A stretch of DNA of 64,000 nt, from NCBI GenBank assembly GCA_964342185.1, contig CAYFER010000005.1, forward strand, positions 18,316 to 82,315, given 5' to 3'. The stretch's first letter is position 1, and each line of letters begins with the position of its first letter. The translations under genes and the position numbers were made by a program. The DNA comes from an uncultured Vicinamibacteraceae bacterium. Its GTDB lineage: Bacteria; Acidobacteriota; Vicinamibacteria; Vicinamibacterales; UBA8438. The notes beneath the pieces were generated by a model. The model was given only the letters and a program-made list of their open reading frames with translations, did no database searches and was not told the DNA's origin. Shown piece after piece: positions 1-9,781 of the stretch.

Positions 1-1240
1 AAAGATCCTGTATCTTTTTCCGACCACCTAGGCCCAAAGGCCGAAAAACGTCCCCAGGAAGCCAACTTCTAACGATCAACGGATCAGAGAGAGTAGCCGC
101 GGACACATACACGGCGTCTGATTGCGCTGACATCCCTTCAGGCTGAGGATTCTCCTGGACGTGCTCAGCAGAAACTACCATGTCAATCTCTTGGATCTCA
201 ACCTCCCCAGGAATACAAAGTGGATAGTTAAATCCTTTCTCATCAATTGGCAGCGTTCTGGAAACACTAGGAGGACCAATTTTTACCACTTTCTTGCCAA
301 ACTTCACCCGACAGCCTGGAAAGTCAGTCTCGTGGTCTACTTCGTTCTCAGCAAGCATCATCAAGAACCGTTCAACGTGATCAAAGCCCACAAAACCGTG
401 CGACGCTTGTTCCAGCGCATGCTTAATTATCCGGCGGGACAAAGCTAAGGGTTGTCCCATCAACTTCTGGCGCGCTAGCACAATAGACTCACCTTCATAA
501 GAAGTGACCAGAGCCGCCGCCGCATTCGCTTGATTCTCAAGCCAGCTGGCATCGTGCCTAGCAATCTTTACCTCGCGAATAAGCGTGTCGACAATCCCAG
601 GGGAAAATCGGCGCTCCAAGAATGGGATCAACTCATGGCGAATTCGGTTCCGAGTCACCGCCACATCTTGATTTGTTTCGTCTTCTCTAAAATCTTGTCC
701 CTTAGCTTCCAAGTATTGTCGCAGCTCAATTTTTGAAACTTCCAATAGAGGCCGAACTACGTTATTCATCCGAGGATGGATTCCTGAAAATCCAAAGGGG
801 CCTGCACCCCGTATGAGACGCATAAGGTAAGTCTCAGCTTGGTCGTCTCGGGTATGTGCAGTAGCGATGCAATCGGCACCCAATGTAGCCATGACATTCT
901 TGAAGAATTCATGCCGAACCACATGACCGGCCTCTTCAATTGAAATTTGGTCTCCTGCTGCTCGTCCCCTCACATCGGCTTGTTCCACAACGCAGGGCAA
1001 GGCCAGACGACCTGCGAAATTGCGACAAAACTCCTCATCTTCGTCAGCTGTATTGCGAAGTTGATGGTTCATATGTGCAACGCCAGCCACCTCAAATGAC
1101 ATGGTCTTAGCAAGCTCAGACAAAAGCAACGTCAATGCAACAGAATCAGAACCACCCGACAACGCTATCGCCACACGACTGTCATCGGTTATCAGTGATT
1201 CCCGCCTAATTACGCCGAGAACCCGGTCATGAAGAGTCAT
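1..1240 (-). CDS. tilS: tRNA(Ile)-lysidine synthetase TilS, partial (C-terminus lies beyond the left window edge)
   Basis: Hand translation of the minus strand from ATG at 1240 stays open to position 1: MTLHDRVLGVIRRE...RVAIALSGGSDSVALTLLL (PP-loop SGGxDS), ...CIATAHTRDDQAETYLMRLIRGAG..., RPLL..SK.EL..YL. It is absent from the ORF track because no stop lies inside the window. Confidence 0.85.
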   Translation of the reverse strand, partial: MTLHDRVLGVIRRESLITDDSRVAIALSGGSDSVALTLLLSELAKTMSFEVAGVAHMNHQLRNTADEDEEFCRNFAGRLALPCVVEQADVRGRAAGDQISIEEAGHVVRHEFFKNVMATLGADCIATAHTRDDQAETYLMRLIRGAGPFGFSGIHPRMNNVVRPLLEVSKIELRQYLEAKGQDFREDETNQDVAVTRNRIRHELIPFLERRFSPGIVDTLIREVKIARHDASWLENQANAAAALVTSYEGESIVLARQKLMGQPLALSRRIIKHALEQASHGFVGFDHVERFLMMLAENEVDHETDFPGCRVKFGKKVVKIGPPSVSRTLPIDEKGFNYPLCIPGEVEIQEIDMVVSAEHVQENPQPEGMSAQSDAVYVSAATLSDPLIVRSWLPGDVFRPLGLGGRKKIQDL

Positions 1241-1258
1241 ACTGTACCGAAGGAGAAA

Positions 1259-1335
1259 TGGTGCCGGTGCAGGGACTTGAACCCCGGACCTAGCGGATAT
1301 GAGCCGCTCGCTCTAACCAGCTGAGCTACACCGGC
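1259..1335 (-). tRNA. tRNA with CAT anticodon (elongator Met, or Ile2 read after lysidine modification); 3' CCA encoded
   Basis: Minus strand GCCGGTGTAGCTCAGCTGGTTAGAGCGAGCGGCTCATATCCGCTAGGTCCGGGGTTCAAGTCCCTGCACCGGCACCA. Acceptor stem of 7 bp (GCCGGTG/CACCGGC), anticodon stem AGCGG/CCGCT, loop CTCATAT, T-loop TTCAAGT. Confidence 0.85.
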
Positions 1336-1373
1336 AAAAATTAATTCGCGTTAGGTTTGATTATAACTTGCCA

Positions 1374-2429
1374 CTACGTGATGAGCATCGCATCACCATA
1401 ACTGTAGAATCGGTATCGGTTGGCAACTGCCTCAGCATAGGCCTTCAAAAGCAGTTCCCGGTCCGCAAAAGTAGCAGCCAAAACCAAAAGCGACGACTGG
1501 GGCAAGTGGAAATTTGTAACTAGCGCCCCGACGACAAGAAATTTGAACCCAGGTTGAATATAAAGCTCTGTACTACCCGATGCCGACGCTAAACGGCCAC
1601 CTTCGATCTGCGCCACACTTTCCAGAACGCGAGTAGTCGTGGTCCCAACCGCTACAATTCGTCGTCCCTCATTGAGCGCTGAATTGATTTTCGCCGCCGC
1701 TGACGCAGTCACTTCGAACCATTCCGACGCTACACGATGGCCTTGAACGTTTTCCGTCCGAATCGGCTCAAAGGTTCCGTAGCCAACATGCAGAGTTACC
1801 TCTGTTTTGTCAATACCAGCCGACGCAAGGTCTGTCATTAACTCCGTCGTAAAGTGCAGACCTGCAGTCGGAGCCGCAATTGAGCCACGGACCTTTGCAA
1901 AAATCGTTTGATACCGTTCGCGGTCAGAATCGACCGGAGAACGCTTGATATAGGGAGGCAACGGCGTCTTCCCGATTCGATCGATGACAGTATTAAGGTC
2001 ATATAATCCGTTGGCCTGAAGGGCAACCGTTCGACGTCCATAGCGATACTGTTCCAATACTTGCAGTTCCAATTCGGCATCCCCGTCACCGAAAATCGCG
2101 CGTTCTCCGACTTTCATCTTCTGACCTGGACGAATCAACACATCCCACCGACCGTCATCAAATCGGGTAAGTAGTAAACATTCGACACGACCACCACTAG
2201 GATCGCGACGACCGAAGATTCGAGCAGGAAAAACCTTGGAGTTGTTTACAACTAACAGATCACCAGACCGCAGAAATGACGGAAGATCACTGATCCAGCC
2301 GTGGGTTCGCCTGCCTGTATTGCGATCGAGATGCAAAAGACGGGACTTACTACGTGACCGTAACGCCTCTTGTGCAATTAATTCGGCCGGCAGTTCAAAA
2401 TCTATTTCGTTGAGTGCAGTGAATTTCAA
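1374..2429 (-). CDS. queA: S-adenosylmethionine:tRNA ribosyltransferase-isomerase (queuosine biosynthesis)
   Basis: 351 aa. N-terminus MKFTALNEIDFELPAELIAQEA..SRSKSRLLHL, then ...LPPYIKR..., TAGLHFT, VGTTT.R.LES: typical full-length QueA. Confidence 0.9.
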   Translation of the reverse strand: MKFTALNEIDFELPAELIAQEALRSRSKSRLLHLDRNTGRRTHGWISDLPSFLRSGDLLVVNNSKVFPARIFGRRDPSGGRVECLLLTRFDDGRWDVLIRPGQKMKVGERAIFGDGDAELELQVLEQYRYGRRTVALQANGLYDLNTVIDRIGKTPLPPYIKRSPVDSDRERYQTIFAKVRGSIAAPTAGLHFTTELMTDLASAGIDKTEVTLHVGYGTFEPIRTENVQGHRVASEWFEVTASAAAKINSALNEGRRIVAVGTTTTRVLESVAQIEGGRLASASGSTELYIQPGFKFLVVGALVTNFHLPQSSLLVLAATFADRELLLKAYAEAVANRYRFYSYGDAMLIT

Positions 2430-2524
2430 GAACGGAGAATACAGAAGGCTGGGCCCAGAAGGAAAGGCGTCCTACCGCTAATGTCTAAATACAATGAGAA
2501 TACTTATATCTTATCTTGGACATC

Positions 2525-3559
2525 TCAATATGCCCATCGAAGAAGCACTGCTCCTACGGTGAAACCTGCCCCAACTGATGTCAGAAGTACCAACCCGCCC
2601 TTCTTTAGACGTCCAGACGAAATGGCATCTGCAAGCGCCAATGGTATGGTCGCCGCCGTCGTGTTCCCAAACTCTTCAATGTTAATTACGATCTTGTTTC
2701 GGTCAAGTCCTAGACGATCTGCGGCACCTTCGATGATACGACGGTTAGCTTGGTGTGACACAAAGAGATCAACATCATCAGGACTGATACTATTCTTCGC
2801 CAGTATCCGACCACAGATTTCCTCTGTCTTTCGCACGGCGAACTTGAATACGGTAGCTCCATCCTGGTGAACATAGTGCAACCGTTGTTCAACCGTCTCG
2901 TGTGATGCAGGACGCAAGCTACCACCAGCCGGCATCCGAAGAGCAGGCCCTCCATTACCATCAACTTCGTGTTCAAAATCCAAAATTCCCAATTGGTCCT
3001 GTGTCGCTGGCGAGACAACGGCCGCACCAGCGCCGTCACCAAACAAAATACAGGTGGCTCGATCTCGATAGTCTACGATCGAAGACATCACGTCAGCGCC
3101 AATCACTAACACGTGGTCGTGTGCGCCAGTTACCACCATCTGTGTCGCCGTCGTTAGTGCATAGGTAAAACCAGAACAAGCCGCACCCAAGTCGAAACCC
3201 CACGCGTTAACTGCGCCAATCTTGGCTTGAACAAGACACGCAGTACTTGGAAAAAACATGTCCGGCGTGGTCGTCGCTACAACTATAAAACCTATATCTA
3301 AGGGTTTAAGACCCGCTTGGTCGATTGCCGACAACGCCGCCTCACTGGCCAAGTCTGACGTCGCCGTCCCGGATTCAACAATATGCCGTTTGCGGATACC
3401 GGTGCGCTTCAGAATCCATTCGTCTGAAGTCTCAACCATTTCTTCAAGATCGGAATTCGTGAGAACCTGAGGAGGAACGTAAGTAGCCAGCGAGGCAATC
3501 CGTGCCAAACGGAATGCTGCCTTTCCGGCCAATCTTCCACCCTGCCGAACCGATGTCAC
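2525..3559 (-). CDS. fabH: 3-oxoacyl-ACP synthase III (FabH)
   Basis: 344 aa. Contains TSDEWI..RTGI..R, active-site context GFDLGAACSGFTYAL, SHQAN.RI and GNTTAATIPLAL. The true start may lie downstream of the ORF-track Met. Confidence 0.9.
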   Translation of the reverse strand: MTSVRQGGRLAGKAAFRLARIASLATYVPPQVLTNSDLEEMVETSDEWILKRTGIRKRHIVESGTATSDLASEAALSAIDQAGLKPLDIGFIVVATTTPDMFFPSTACLVQAKIGAVNAWGFDLGAACSGFTYALTTATQMVVTGAHDHVLVIGADVMSSIVDYRDRATCILFGDGAGAAVVSPATQDQLGILDFEHEVDGNGGPALRMPAGGSLRPASHETVEQRLHYVHQDGATVFKFAVRKTEEICGRILAKNSISPDDVDLFVSHQANRRIIEGAADRLGLDRNKIVINIEEFGNTTAATIPLALADAISSGRLKKGGLVLLTSVGAGFTVGAVLLRWAY

Positions 3560-3625
3560 TCGTGACGCCTCCGTCTTTCAATCAGACTAGTTGTAAGTAT
3601 GCTCAAATCTCGATGATAACCCGAC

Positions 3626-4645
3626 TCACCATAGCCGAGAGTCTTGTGAAGGGACTGAAAGATCGAAATACTCGTAAGCTCTCGGGGTCACTACGCGCCC
3701 TCGCGGAGTCCGATCGAGCAGGCCCGCCTGAATCAAGAACGGCTCGTAGATGTCTTCAATAGCCTCTTTCTCCTCACTGATTGCGGCAGCCAAACTGTTC
3801 AATCCAACCGGACCACCACCGAACTTGTCGATAATAGCCCTCAAGAGTCGTCGATCGGCATCATCTAAGCCATGGTCGTCGACCTCAAGCATAGCCAGTG
3901 CCTGCTCGGAAACCTCCAGATCAATGGCACCATCGGCTCGGACTTCAGCAAAATCTCTAACTCTTCGCAGTAAACGATTGGCAACCCGCGGAGTTCCCCG
4001 GGAACGACGTGCAATTTCTCTTGTCGCCGGTTTATCAATCGGAACCTTCAAGATACGAGCAGATCGCCGGACGATCTCTTCTAAATCATCACTGGAATAA
4101 AAATCGAGCCTGTGAACAATGCCAAATCTGGCACGGAGCGGCGAGGTTAGAAGCCCGGCCCTAGTGGTTGCACCAACCAGCGTGAAACGCTGGAGAGGAA
4201 CCTTTACGGACCGAGCACCAGGACCTTGTCCAATCATGATATCGAGTTCGTAGTCTTCCATTGAGGGATAGAGGATTTCTTCGATTACTGGACTCATTCG
4301 ATGGATTTCATCGATAAAAAGAACCTCCCGTTCTTTAAGATTGGTCAGCATTGCAGCAAGGTCACCAGGCTTCTCCAGCACGGGCCCTGCTGTAGCACGG
4401 GCTTGAACTCCCAGTTCCTGGGCAATGACATAGGCAAGAGTTGTCTTCCCTAACCCGGGCGGGCCATAAAGTAGAACATGGTCAAGCGCCTCATTTCTGT
4501 TACGAGCAGCAGCAATCGAGACCGTAAGGTTCTCCCGCACGCGAGCTTGACCAATATAATCACTTAGAGTCTGAGGTCGTAGACCAGCCTCGTAGTGAAC
4601 CTCATCTTCCGTCCGTGCCGAACTGACGATTCTGTCTGTGGACAT
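3626..4645 (-). CDS. ruvB: Holliday junction DNA helicase RuvB
   Basis: 339 aa. Walker [33 protein letters not shown] and a RuvB C-terminal winged helix. Confidence 0.95.
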   Translation of the reverse strand: MSTDRIVSSARTEDEVHYEAGLRPQTLSDYIGQARVRENLTVSIAAARNRNEALDHVLLYGPPGLGKTTLAYVIAQELGVQARATAGPVLEKPGDLAAMLTNLKEREVLFIDEIHRMSPVIEEILYPSMEDYELDIMIGQGPGARSVKVPLQRFTLVGATTRAGLLTSPLRARFGIVHRLDFYSSDDLEEIVRRSARILKVPIDKPATREIARRSRGTPRVANRLLRRVRDFAEVRADGAIDLEVSEQALAMLEVDDHGLDDADRRLLRAIIDKFGGGPVGLNSLAAAISEEKEAIEDIYEPFLIQAGLLDRTPRGRVVTPRAYEYFDLSVPSQDSRLW

Positions 4646-4654
4646 AGCACCTTT

Positions 4655-5251
4655 TTATTTGGCTAGTTCTCTCAGAACTAAACGCAGAACAGTCTCAAAC
4701 TCTTCTGTTCCAGATGTTGTCTGAAGTACCCGATCAACTGCACGCTCGGTCAGTGGACGATGGTAGCCAAGATTTAGAAGGGCAGACATCACATCATCTC
4801 GAATCGCGGCAGCACCAGTATCACCTTCGTCCTGATCACTCGCTAATTCGGCAGGCAAACGGTCCCTGAGTTCAAGACCAATACGCTCAGCAGTCTTCTT
4901 TCCGACGCCTGGAATCTTAGTCAGTCGACCCACATCGCCACCTCGAACAGCGCGCACAAGATCTGGAGTCTCAATTCCCGACAAAACAGCTAATGCAAGT
5001 CGTGGGCCAACCCCACTGATAGAAATTAAATGTTCGAATACGTCTAATTCCAGAACTGTCGTAAATCCAAACAAGGCAAGTGCGTCCTCCCGCACGTGGG
5101 TGTGCACCCGCAGAGACACCGGCGATCCGATTTCTCCCAATCCATAGAAAGTGGATAGCGGCACCTGAACTGCGTAACCCACGCCCCCTACGTTGACAAT
5201 CAGGCGACCCGGTTCTTTCTCTGCCAATTGACCGCTAAGTAAACCAATCAT
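4655..5251 (-). CDS. ruvA: Holliday junction DNA helicase RuvA
   Basis: 198 aa. [27 protein letters not shown], HhH motifs ISGVGPRLALAVLS and KIPGVGKKTAERI. Lies directly downstream of ruvC and upstream of ruvB. Confidence 0.9.
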   Translation of the reverse strand: MIGLLSGQLAEKEPGRLIVNVGGVGYAVQVPLSTFYGLGEIGSPVSLRVHTHVREDALALFGFTTVLELDVFEHLISISGVGPRLALAVLSGIETPDLVRAVRGGDVGRLTKIPGVGKKTAERIGLELRDRLPAELASDQDEGDTGAAAIRDDVMSALLNLGYHRPLTERAVDRVLQTTSGTEEFETVLRLVLRELAK

Positions 5252-5808
5252 GATTCACCTGAACCCTGTGGCCGATACTGACGCCAACTGCGAATCTTCT
5301 GTGAGGATGAATCATTTCTAACAATTTCATCTTGAACAGTACCTTGCAAATGAGCATGGCAGACCGCCACGGCAAGTGCGTCTGATACGTCGAGTGGTGA
5401 GGGCCGCTCGTCCAGACCAAGTAACAACGTCACCATCTCTTGCACTTGGTGCTTCGCCGCTCTTCCGTGTCCAACAACGGCACGTTTCACCTGTGTCGGC
5501 GTGTACTCAGCTACCGCTACCCCCGCCTGTGAAGCTGCCAGCAAGACTATGCCACGAACGTGGCCAAGTTTAAGGGCACTTCTCGCGTTCTTGGCATGGA
5601 AGAGATCTTCAACCGCCACAGCGTCCGGCTGGTGTTGAGTAATTAGCTCGGCTAAACGGACATGTAACGACATGAGCTTTTCGGGAAACGGGAGACGTGC
5701 CTGCACGGATAATGCTCCGCAGACAACAATACGATGATGACTGCCAGAGGTCTCAATACAACCGTAGCCTGTACGAGCTGAACCCGGATCGACACCGAAA
5801 ATTCTCAC
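5248..5808 (-). CDS. ruvC: crossover junction endodeoxyribonuclease RuvC
   Basis: 186 aa. [14 protein letters not shown], ...AVE..F..KN..SALKLG..RG. Has 4-nt overlaps with both neighbours (yebC-like and ruvA). Confidence 0.9.
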   Translation of the reverse strand: MRIFGVDPGSARTGYGCIETSGSHHRIVVCGALSVQARLPFPEKLMSLHVRLAELITQHQPDAVAVEDLFHAKNARSALKLGHVRGIVLLAASQAGVAVAEYTPTQVKRAVVGHGRAAKHQVQEMVTLLLGLDERPSPLDVSDALAVAVCHAHLQGTVQDEIVRNDSSSQKIRSWRQYRPQGSGES

Positions 5809-6554
5809 GCGAGCGAGGCCTCAATCTCCTTTATGTCAATGTCAAAATTAGACCAGACATGCTGCACATCGTCTTGGTCTTCAAGCAGGTCCATCAGCTT
5901 GAGTAATTGCTGGGCTTGCTTACCTTCTATTTTGATGTTGTTCTTAGGCAACATCGCTAATTGAGCGCTAACCGGAACCACGCCAGTCGTCTTAACCGCT
6001 TCCAACACTTGGTCATAAACCTCGGGCGCACTCACAACTTCCCATGTGTCACCTTCTTCTTGGAAGTCATCAGCCCCCGCGTCAATCGCCGCACTCATTA
6101 GAGTTTCTTCATCTACGCCTGTCTTCTCCACTACGATGTAACCCTGTTTGTCAAACATCCAAGCGACACTATTAGAAGTCCCAAGGTTACCACCGTGTTT
6201 AGAGAGTAGATGGCGAATCTCTCCAACGGCACGGTTGGTGTTATCGGTCAAAACTTCAATCAGTAACGCCACCCCGCCGGGCCCGTAGGCCTCGTAAGTT
6301 ACCTCTTCATATGACACACCCGGTTCTTCGCCCGTCCCTCGGCGAATCGCACGCTTGATGTTGTCCTGAGGCATGTTCGCGGCCTTCGCATCAGCAATAA
6401 CAGTGCGAAGACGAGGATTACTATCGGGATCTCCGCCGCCGTCGCGAGCCGCAACTGTCAACTCCTTGATAATTCGGGTGAACAACTTGCCCCGCTTAGC
6501 GTCAGCCGCTCCCTTCTTATGCTTGATAGAAGCCCACTTGGAATGACCAGACAT
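5805..6554 (-). CDS. YebC/PmpR family DNA-binding transcriptional regulator
   Basis: 249 aa. [30 protein letters not shown] is the canonical YebC N-terminus. Lies upstream of ruvCAB, as in many bacteria. Confidence 0.9.
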   Translation of the reverse strand: MSGHSKWASIKHKKGAADAKRGKLFTRIIKELTVAARDGGGDPDSNPRLRTVIADAKAANMPQDNIKRAIRRGTGEEPGVSYEEVTYEAYGPGGVALLIEVLTDNTNRAVGEIRHLLSKHGGNLGTSNSVAWMFDKQGYIVVEKTGVDEETLMSAAIDAGADDFQEEGDTWEVVSAPEVYDQVLEAVKTTGVVPVSAQLAMLPKNNIKIEGKQAQQLLKLMDLLEDQDDVQHVWSNFDIDIKEIEASLA

Positions 6555-6655
6555 ATCACGCTACTCCCGAGAACAGGGAAATGACTTAGATCCCACCAGA
6601 ACCACAATTATCTCAAAACACTAAGCTAGAAGTCAGGCGAGAAAATTAGCAAATA

Positions 6656-7423
6656 CTATCTTCGCCGCGCGACAATGACCCAGACAGTCGAGTCAGGTGA
6701 CCAAGCCCGGCCTCGATAATCCCCTAAGACGCTGTGCACATGAAATCCCGCACGTTCAAGGCGCCTCGACATTTGAGCTACCGTGAGTGTGCGGAAAGCT
6801 ATTGAAAATCGATGCGACTCTCGACGCCGACCGCTACGCTCGACATATTCTTGGTCGAAAATCGTCATGTGCCGATCGTAGTCCTGACGAACCGTCTCGA
6901 TTAAAGTTAGATCTCGGCCGTTCGAGCGTCGACCTTGCAAGCTAACCCGACGTTTGTATTCTTGCCACCTTGGTAAGTCCGGAACGAGGTCTACGGCAAA
7001 GAAACCACCTCGTGGTAATACTGCTGCCACCGATCGCAGAGTCAAGCGCAAATCTCGATCACTGAGTAACGACTGCAGGATCCCGTAGGGTGCCATTACT
7101 AAGGTAAAACGAAACCGTCTCCGAAACGGTAACGCTCGAATGTCTCCCCGGACCGCCGAAGCGCGCGCATAGAGGCCAGCCCGCTTCAATCTCGACCGGA
7201 GACGCTGAAGCATCGGCGTCGAGCGGTCTACACCGATAAAACGGTCACAAACTTTGGCGACTGGTAGCGACACGCGCCCAGTCCCGCAACCCAATTCGAG
7301 AACTGGACCCTTTGAACGACGTGCAAGATCAATCCAAAACGGTAAATCCCTCCGCCCTACGGTCTGGGCATTTTCCCAATCGTAAAATGGCGCGTACTCG
7401 TCCCATCCGTGCCAGCCTTGCAT
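6656..7423 (-). CDS. class I SAM-dependent methyltransferase
   Basis: 255 aa. Motif I VLELGCGTGRVSLPVA followed by an acidic loop GVDRS. Substrate not inferable. Confidence 0.7.
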   Translation of the reverse strand: MQGWHGWDEYAPFYDWENAQTVGRRDLPFWIDLARRSKGPVLELGCGTGRVSLPVAKVCDRFIGVDRSTPMLQRLRSRLKRAGLYARASAVRGDIRALPFRRRFRFTLVMAPYGILQSLLSDRDLRLTLRSVAAVLPRGGFFAVDLVPDLPRWQEYKRRVSLQGRRSNGRDLTLIETVRQDYDRHMTIFDQEYVERSGRRRESHRFSIAFRTLTVAQMSRRLERAGFHVHSVLGDYRGRAWSPDSTVWVIVARRR

Positions 7424-7589
7424 CAGTAGTGCGGTCCTAGAAAAGTGTCGCCGCCAGTCCGCACAACGGGCACTCTAAGAGTTACATGAATACATCTCAC
7501 GAAAATAAAATGGCCCCTGCCGCAGCGGCTCTGGGTAGGAATACTCACGTGGTTTAGACTCGTTTCTCGTTATTTCAGAGAAACAACTA

Positions 7590-8075
7590 CTATGCGCCTT
7601 CTATCCGCTTTGCCAACGGAATAAAAGCAATACCGTTAACCGTGCGTTCAGGCCCAGTCTGCCGAAAACCCAAGGCTTCGTAAACCGGAACACCGTATCG
7701 TGACGAATTCACGGTGATCCGTTCTAACTCTGCACCCAGACTTCGGGCATGCATAGTCGCTTCTTCAAGAAGCACCCGTGAGACTCCTTGACGTTGAAAA
7801 TCCTCCGCCACAAACAGCAAAGACACATGGTTGTTCTCCCGCATCTCTATCATTCCAATCAGGACATCTCCTCGGACAGCGATGATCACGAAATGCCCTT
7901 GGTCAATCCGTTCCAAGAAAGCTTCGGGTGCAGTGTATTTCCTGAATTCAGACTTTCCTTGTGCTGTGTAATGGGGAGCAATGTAGATATCAAAAACGGA
8001 ATTAACTAGAGCCGACACATTGCCAACATCCTCAATTTGCATTACCCGGCAGGTCGCATCTGACATTCTGGCCAC
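7590..8075 (-). CDS. GNAT family N-acetyltransferase
   Basis: 161 aa. Acetyl-CoA-binding motif FVAEDFQRQGVSRVLLEEA, then Y..LGF near the C-terminus. Confidence 0.7.
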   Translation of the reverse strand: MARMSDATCRVMQIEDVGNVSALVNSVFDIYIAPHYTAQGKSEFRKYTAPEAFLERIDQGHFVIIAVRGDVLIGMIEMRENNHVSLLFVAEDFQRQGVSRVLLEEATMHARSLGAELERITVNSSRYGVPVYEALGFRQTGPERTVNGIAFIPLAKRIEGA

Positions 8076-8198
8076 CTAACCAAACATCTCGCCTAGCGCC
8101 GGCAGTTGTAGTTCACTCACTCAAACTCCTCCTCCAGCCAACAACACCAAGTAGACTAGTAACAGCGATTAAGCCACCATTAATCTGTGATCGGTTGA

Positions 8199-8669
8199 TC
8201 AATGCTTTACAGCAATGCCCATCACTTCGAACCTTGCTCCAAAGAGCAGTTCCCCTGAACCAATGAATGCCCGAGCTGGCGGCATGTCGCGAAAGTAACT
8301 CGTATAGACCTCATTGAAGACGCCGTAAAGCGACACGTCTGAACAAAACACTTGTACTTGGACGAGGTTATCCATCGTCATGTCCGCTTCAGACAATACC
8401 CGCTGAATACTCTCAAGAACGTTACGCGCCTCCTGCTCGGCAGTCGCCGGCGGGCGGCCCGTCTCTTGGTCGAGACCGAGACGCCCGGCAAGATACAGAG
8501 TTTGGCCCACAAGTACGGCATCGCTGAATGGCGCCGTAGTACTGCGGCCAGGAAGATTAATTGCCTGTGGCTCCGGCGATGCTTGCGAAGCAGTCAATGT
8601 AGATACTGCGGTTACCATCAACGCTCCCATGACACTACCAATCACAAAACTAACTTTAGATATCTGCAC
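8199..8669 (-). CDS. RidA/YjgF/L-PSP family protein with an N-terminal signal-like segment
   Basis: 156 aa. Hydrophobic N-terminus VSFVIGSVMGALMVTAVSTLTASQA, then a RidA core: FSDAVLVGQTLYLAGRLGLDQETG...PARAFIGSGELLFGARFEVMGIA. Confidence 0.7.
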   Translation of the reverse strand: MQISKVSFVIGSVMGALMVTAVSTLTASQASPEPQAINLPGRSTTAPFSDAVLVGQTLYLAGRLGLDQETGRPPATAEQEARNVLESIQRVLSEADMTMDNLVQVQVFCSDVSLYGVFNEVYTSYFRDMPPARAFIGSGELLFGARFEVMGIAVKH

Positions 8670-8682
8670 AATTTGCCTCCTA

Positions 8683-9663
8683 TCACGCGCCAGTTAAAAG
8701 AACCGTTGAACCTGTCGTCTTTCGGGCCTCTAGGTCACGGTGAGCTTGAGCTGCATCTTCCAGGGCGTAGGTTTGACTCACTTCTATCTTGACAGAGCCA
8801 CTGCCAACAACTTCAAAAAGGTCTGAAGACGTGGCTTTTAGCTGTTCCGGTGTCGCGATAAACGTTGCAAGTGTTGGCCGCGTCAGAAACAACGAGCCTT
8901 TAGCTGCAAGGACTGCCGGAGAGAAGGGTTCAACTGCTCCCGATGCATTCCCGAAACTGACCATTAGACCACGCGGTTGCAAGCAATCAAGAGAATCTTC
9001 AAAAGTATCTTTGCCGATAGAATCGTAAACAACGGGCACCCCACAGCCATCAGTCAGAGTTTTTACACGTTCAACAAAGTTTTCTTCCGTGTAGACGATT
9101 GGATGGTCGCACCCGTGCGCCTTAGCAAGTTCCGCTTTTTCAGCAGTACTCACAGTACCAATCACCCTAGCGCCGAGATGTTTGAGCCACTGGCAGGCGA
9201 TAAGGCCGCAGCCGCCGGCAGCAGCATGAAACAAGACCGTCTCGCCCGCCTTGATTGGATACGTTTGACGAATCAGGTACTGCACTGTACAGCCCTTAAG
9301 CATCATGGCCGCAGCTTGCTCGTCAGTCACAGTATCAGGAAGCTTCACCAACTGTTGCGCTGGTACCACGCGACGTTGCGCGTAACTTCCAAGGCTCATG
9401 CAATAGGCCACCCGGTCACCAACCGCAACCTCCGTCACGTCGACGCCAACGGCCTCGACAACACCGGCACCCTCGTTGCCAATGGTTGCTGGAAACGACG
9501 GAACTTTATACAGACCCGTCCGAAAATAGACATCGATGAAATTAAGACCTGACGCCGTCTGCCTAATAATGACTTCATTACGACCTGGCTCCGGAAGCGC
9601 CACCTCTTCCCATCGCAAAACTTCTGGACCACCGTTACTATGAATTCGTACTGCGTGTGTCAT
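8683..9663 (-). CDS. NADPH:quinone oxidoreductase (zinc-type alcohol dehydrogenase superfamily)
   Basis: 326 aa. GLNFIDVYFRTGLY, GNEGAGVVEAVG, and nucleotide-binding AAAGGCGLIACQW. Full-length Qor-like. Confidence 0.8.
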   Translation of the reverse strand: MTHAVRIHSNGGPEVLRWEEVALPEPGRNEVIIRQTASGLNFIDVYFRTGLYKVPSFPATIGNEGAGVVEAVGVDVTEVAVGDRVAYCMSLGSYAQRRVVPAQQLVKLPDTVTDEQAAAMMLKGCTVQYLIRQTYPIKAGETVLFHAAAGGCGLIACQWLKHLGARVIGTVSTAEKAELAKAHGCDHPIVYTEENFVERVKTLTDGCGVPVVYDSIGKDTFEDSLDCLQPRGLMVSFGNASGAVEPFSPAVLAAKGSLFLTRPTLATFIATPEQLKATSSDLFEVVGSGSVKIEVSQTYALEDAAQAHRDLEARKTTGSTVLLTGA

Positions 9664-9781
9664 AACTCACTCCGAGTGCGTAATGCAGGTTAAGGGTGCG
9701 GGGCCGATCTTAGTCCTCAAACAGGGTGATGTCGAAGACGAATGACCCTTCATACCGCTTGTTACGCTACCATACTGCCTT

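Noticed and set aside
161-736. Plus-strand track ORFs 161..448 and 530..736
   Set aside because: They lie antisense inside the much longer open minus-strand frame that encodes a clear TilS (PP-loop SGGSDS and other motifs). They have no motifs or ribosome-binding sites and are most likely spurious.
7560-7585. Hairpin GTTTCTC-N9-GAGAAAC just downstream of the GNAT gene (minus strand)
   Set aside because: The stem is short and AT-rich and is not followed by a U-tract, so it is too weak to call a terminator.
8977-9552. 191-aa plus-strand ORF
   Set aside because: It is entirely antisense to the well-supported quinone oxidoreductase gene. Its composition is Arg/Ser/His-rich, typical of shadow ORFs.
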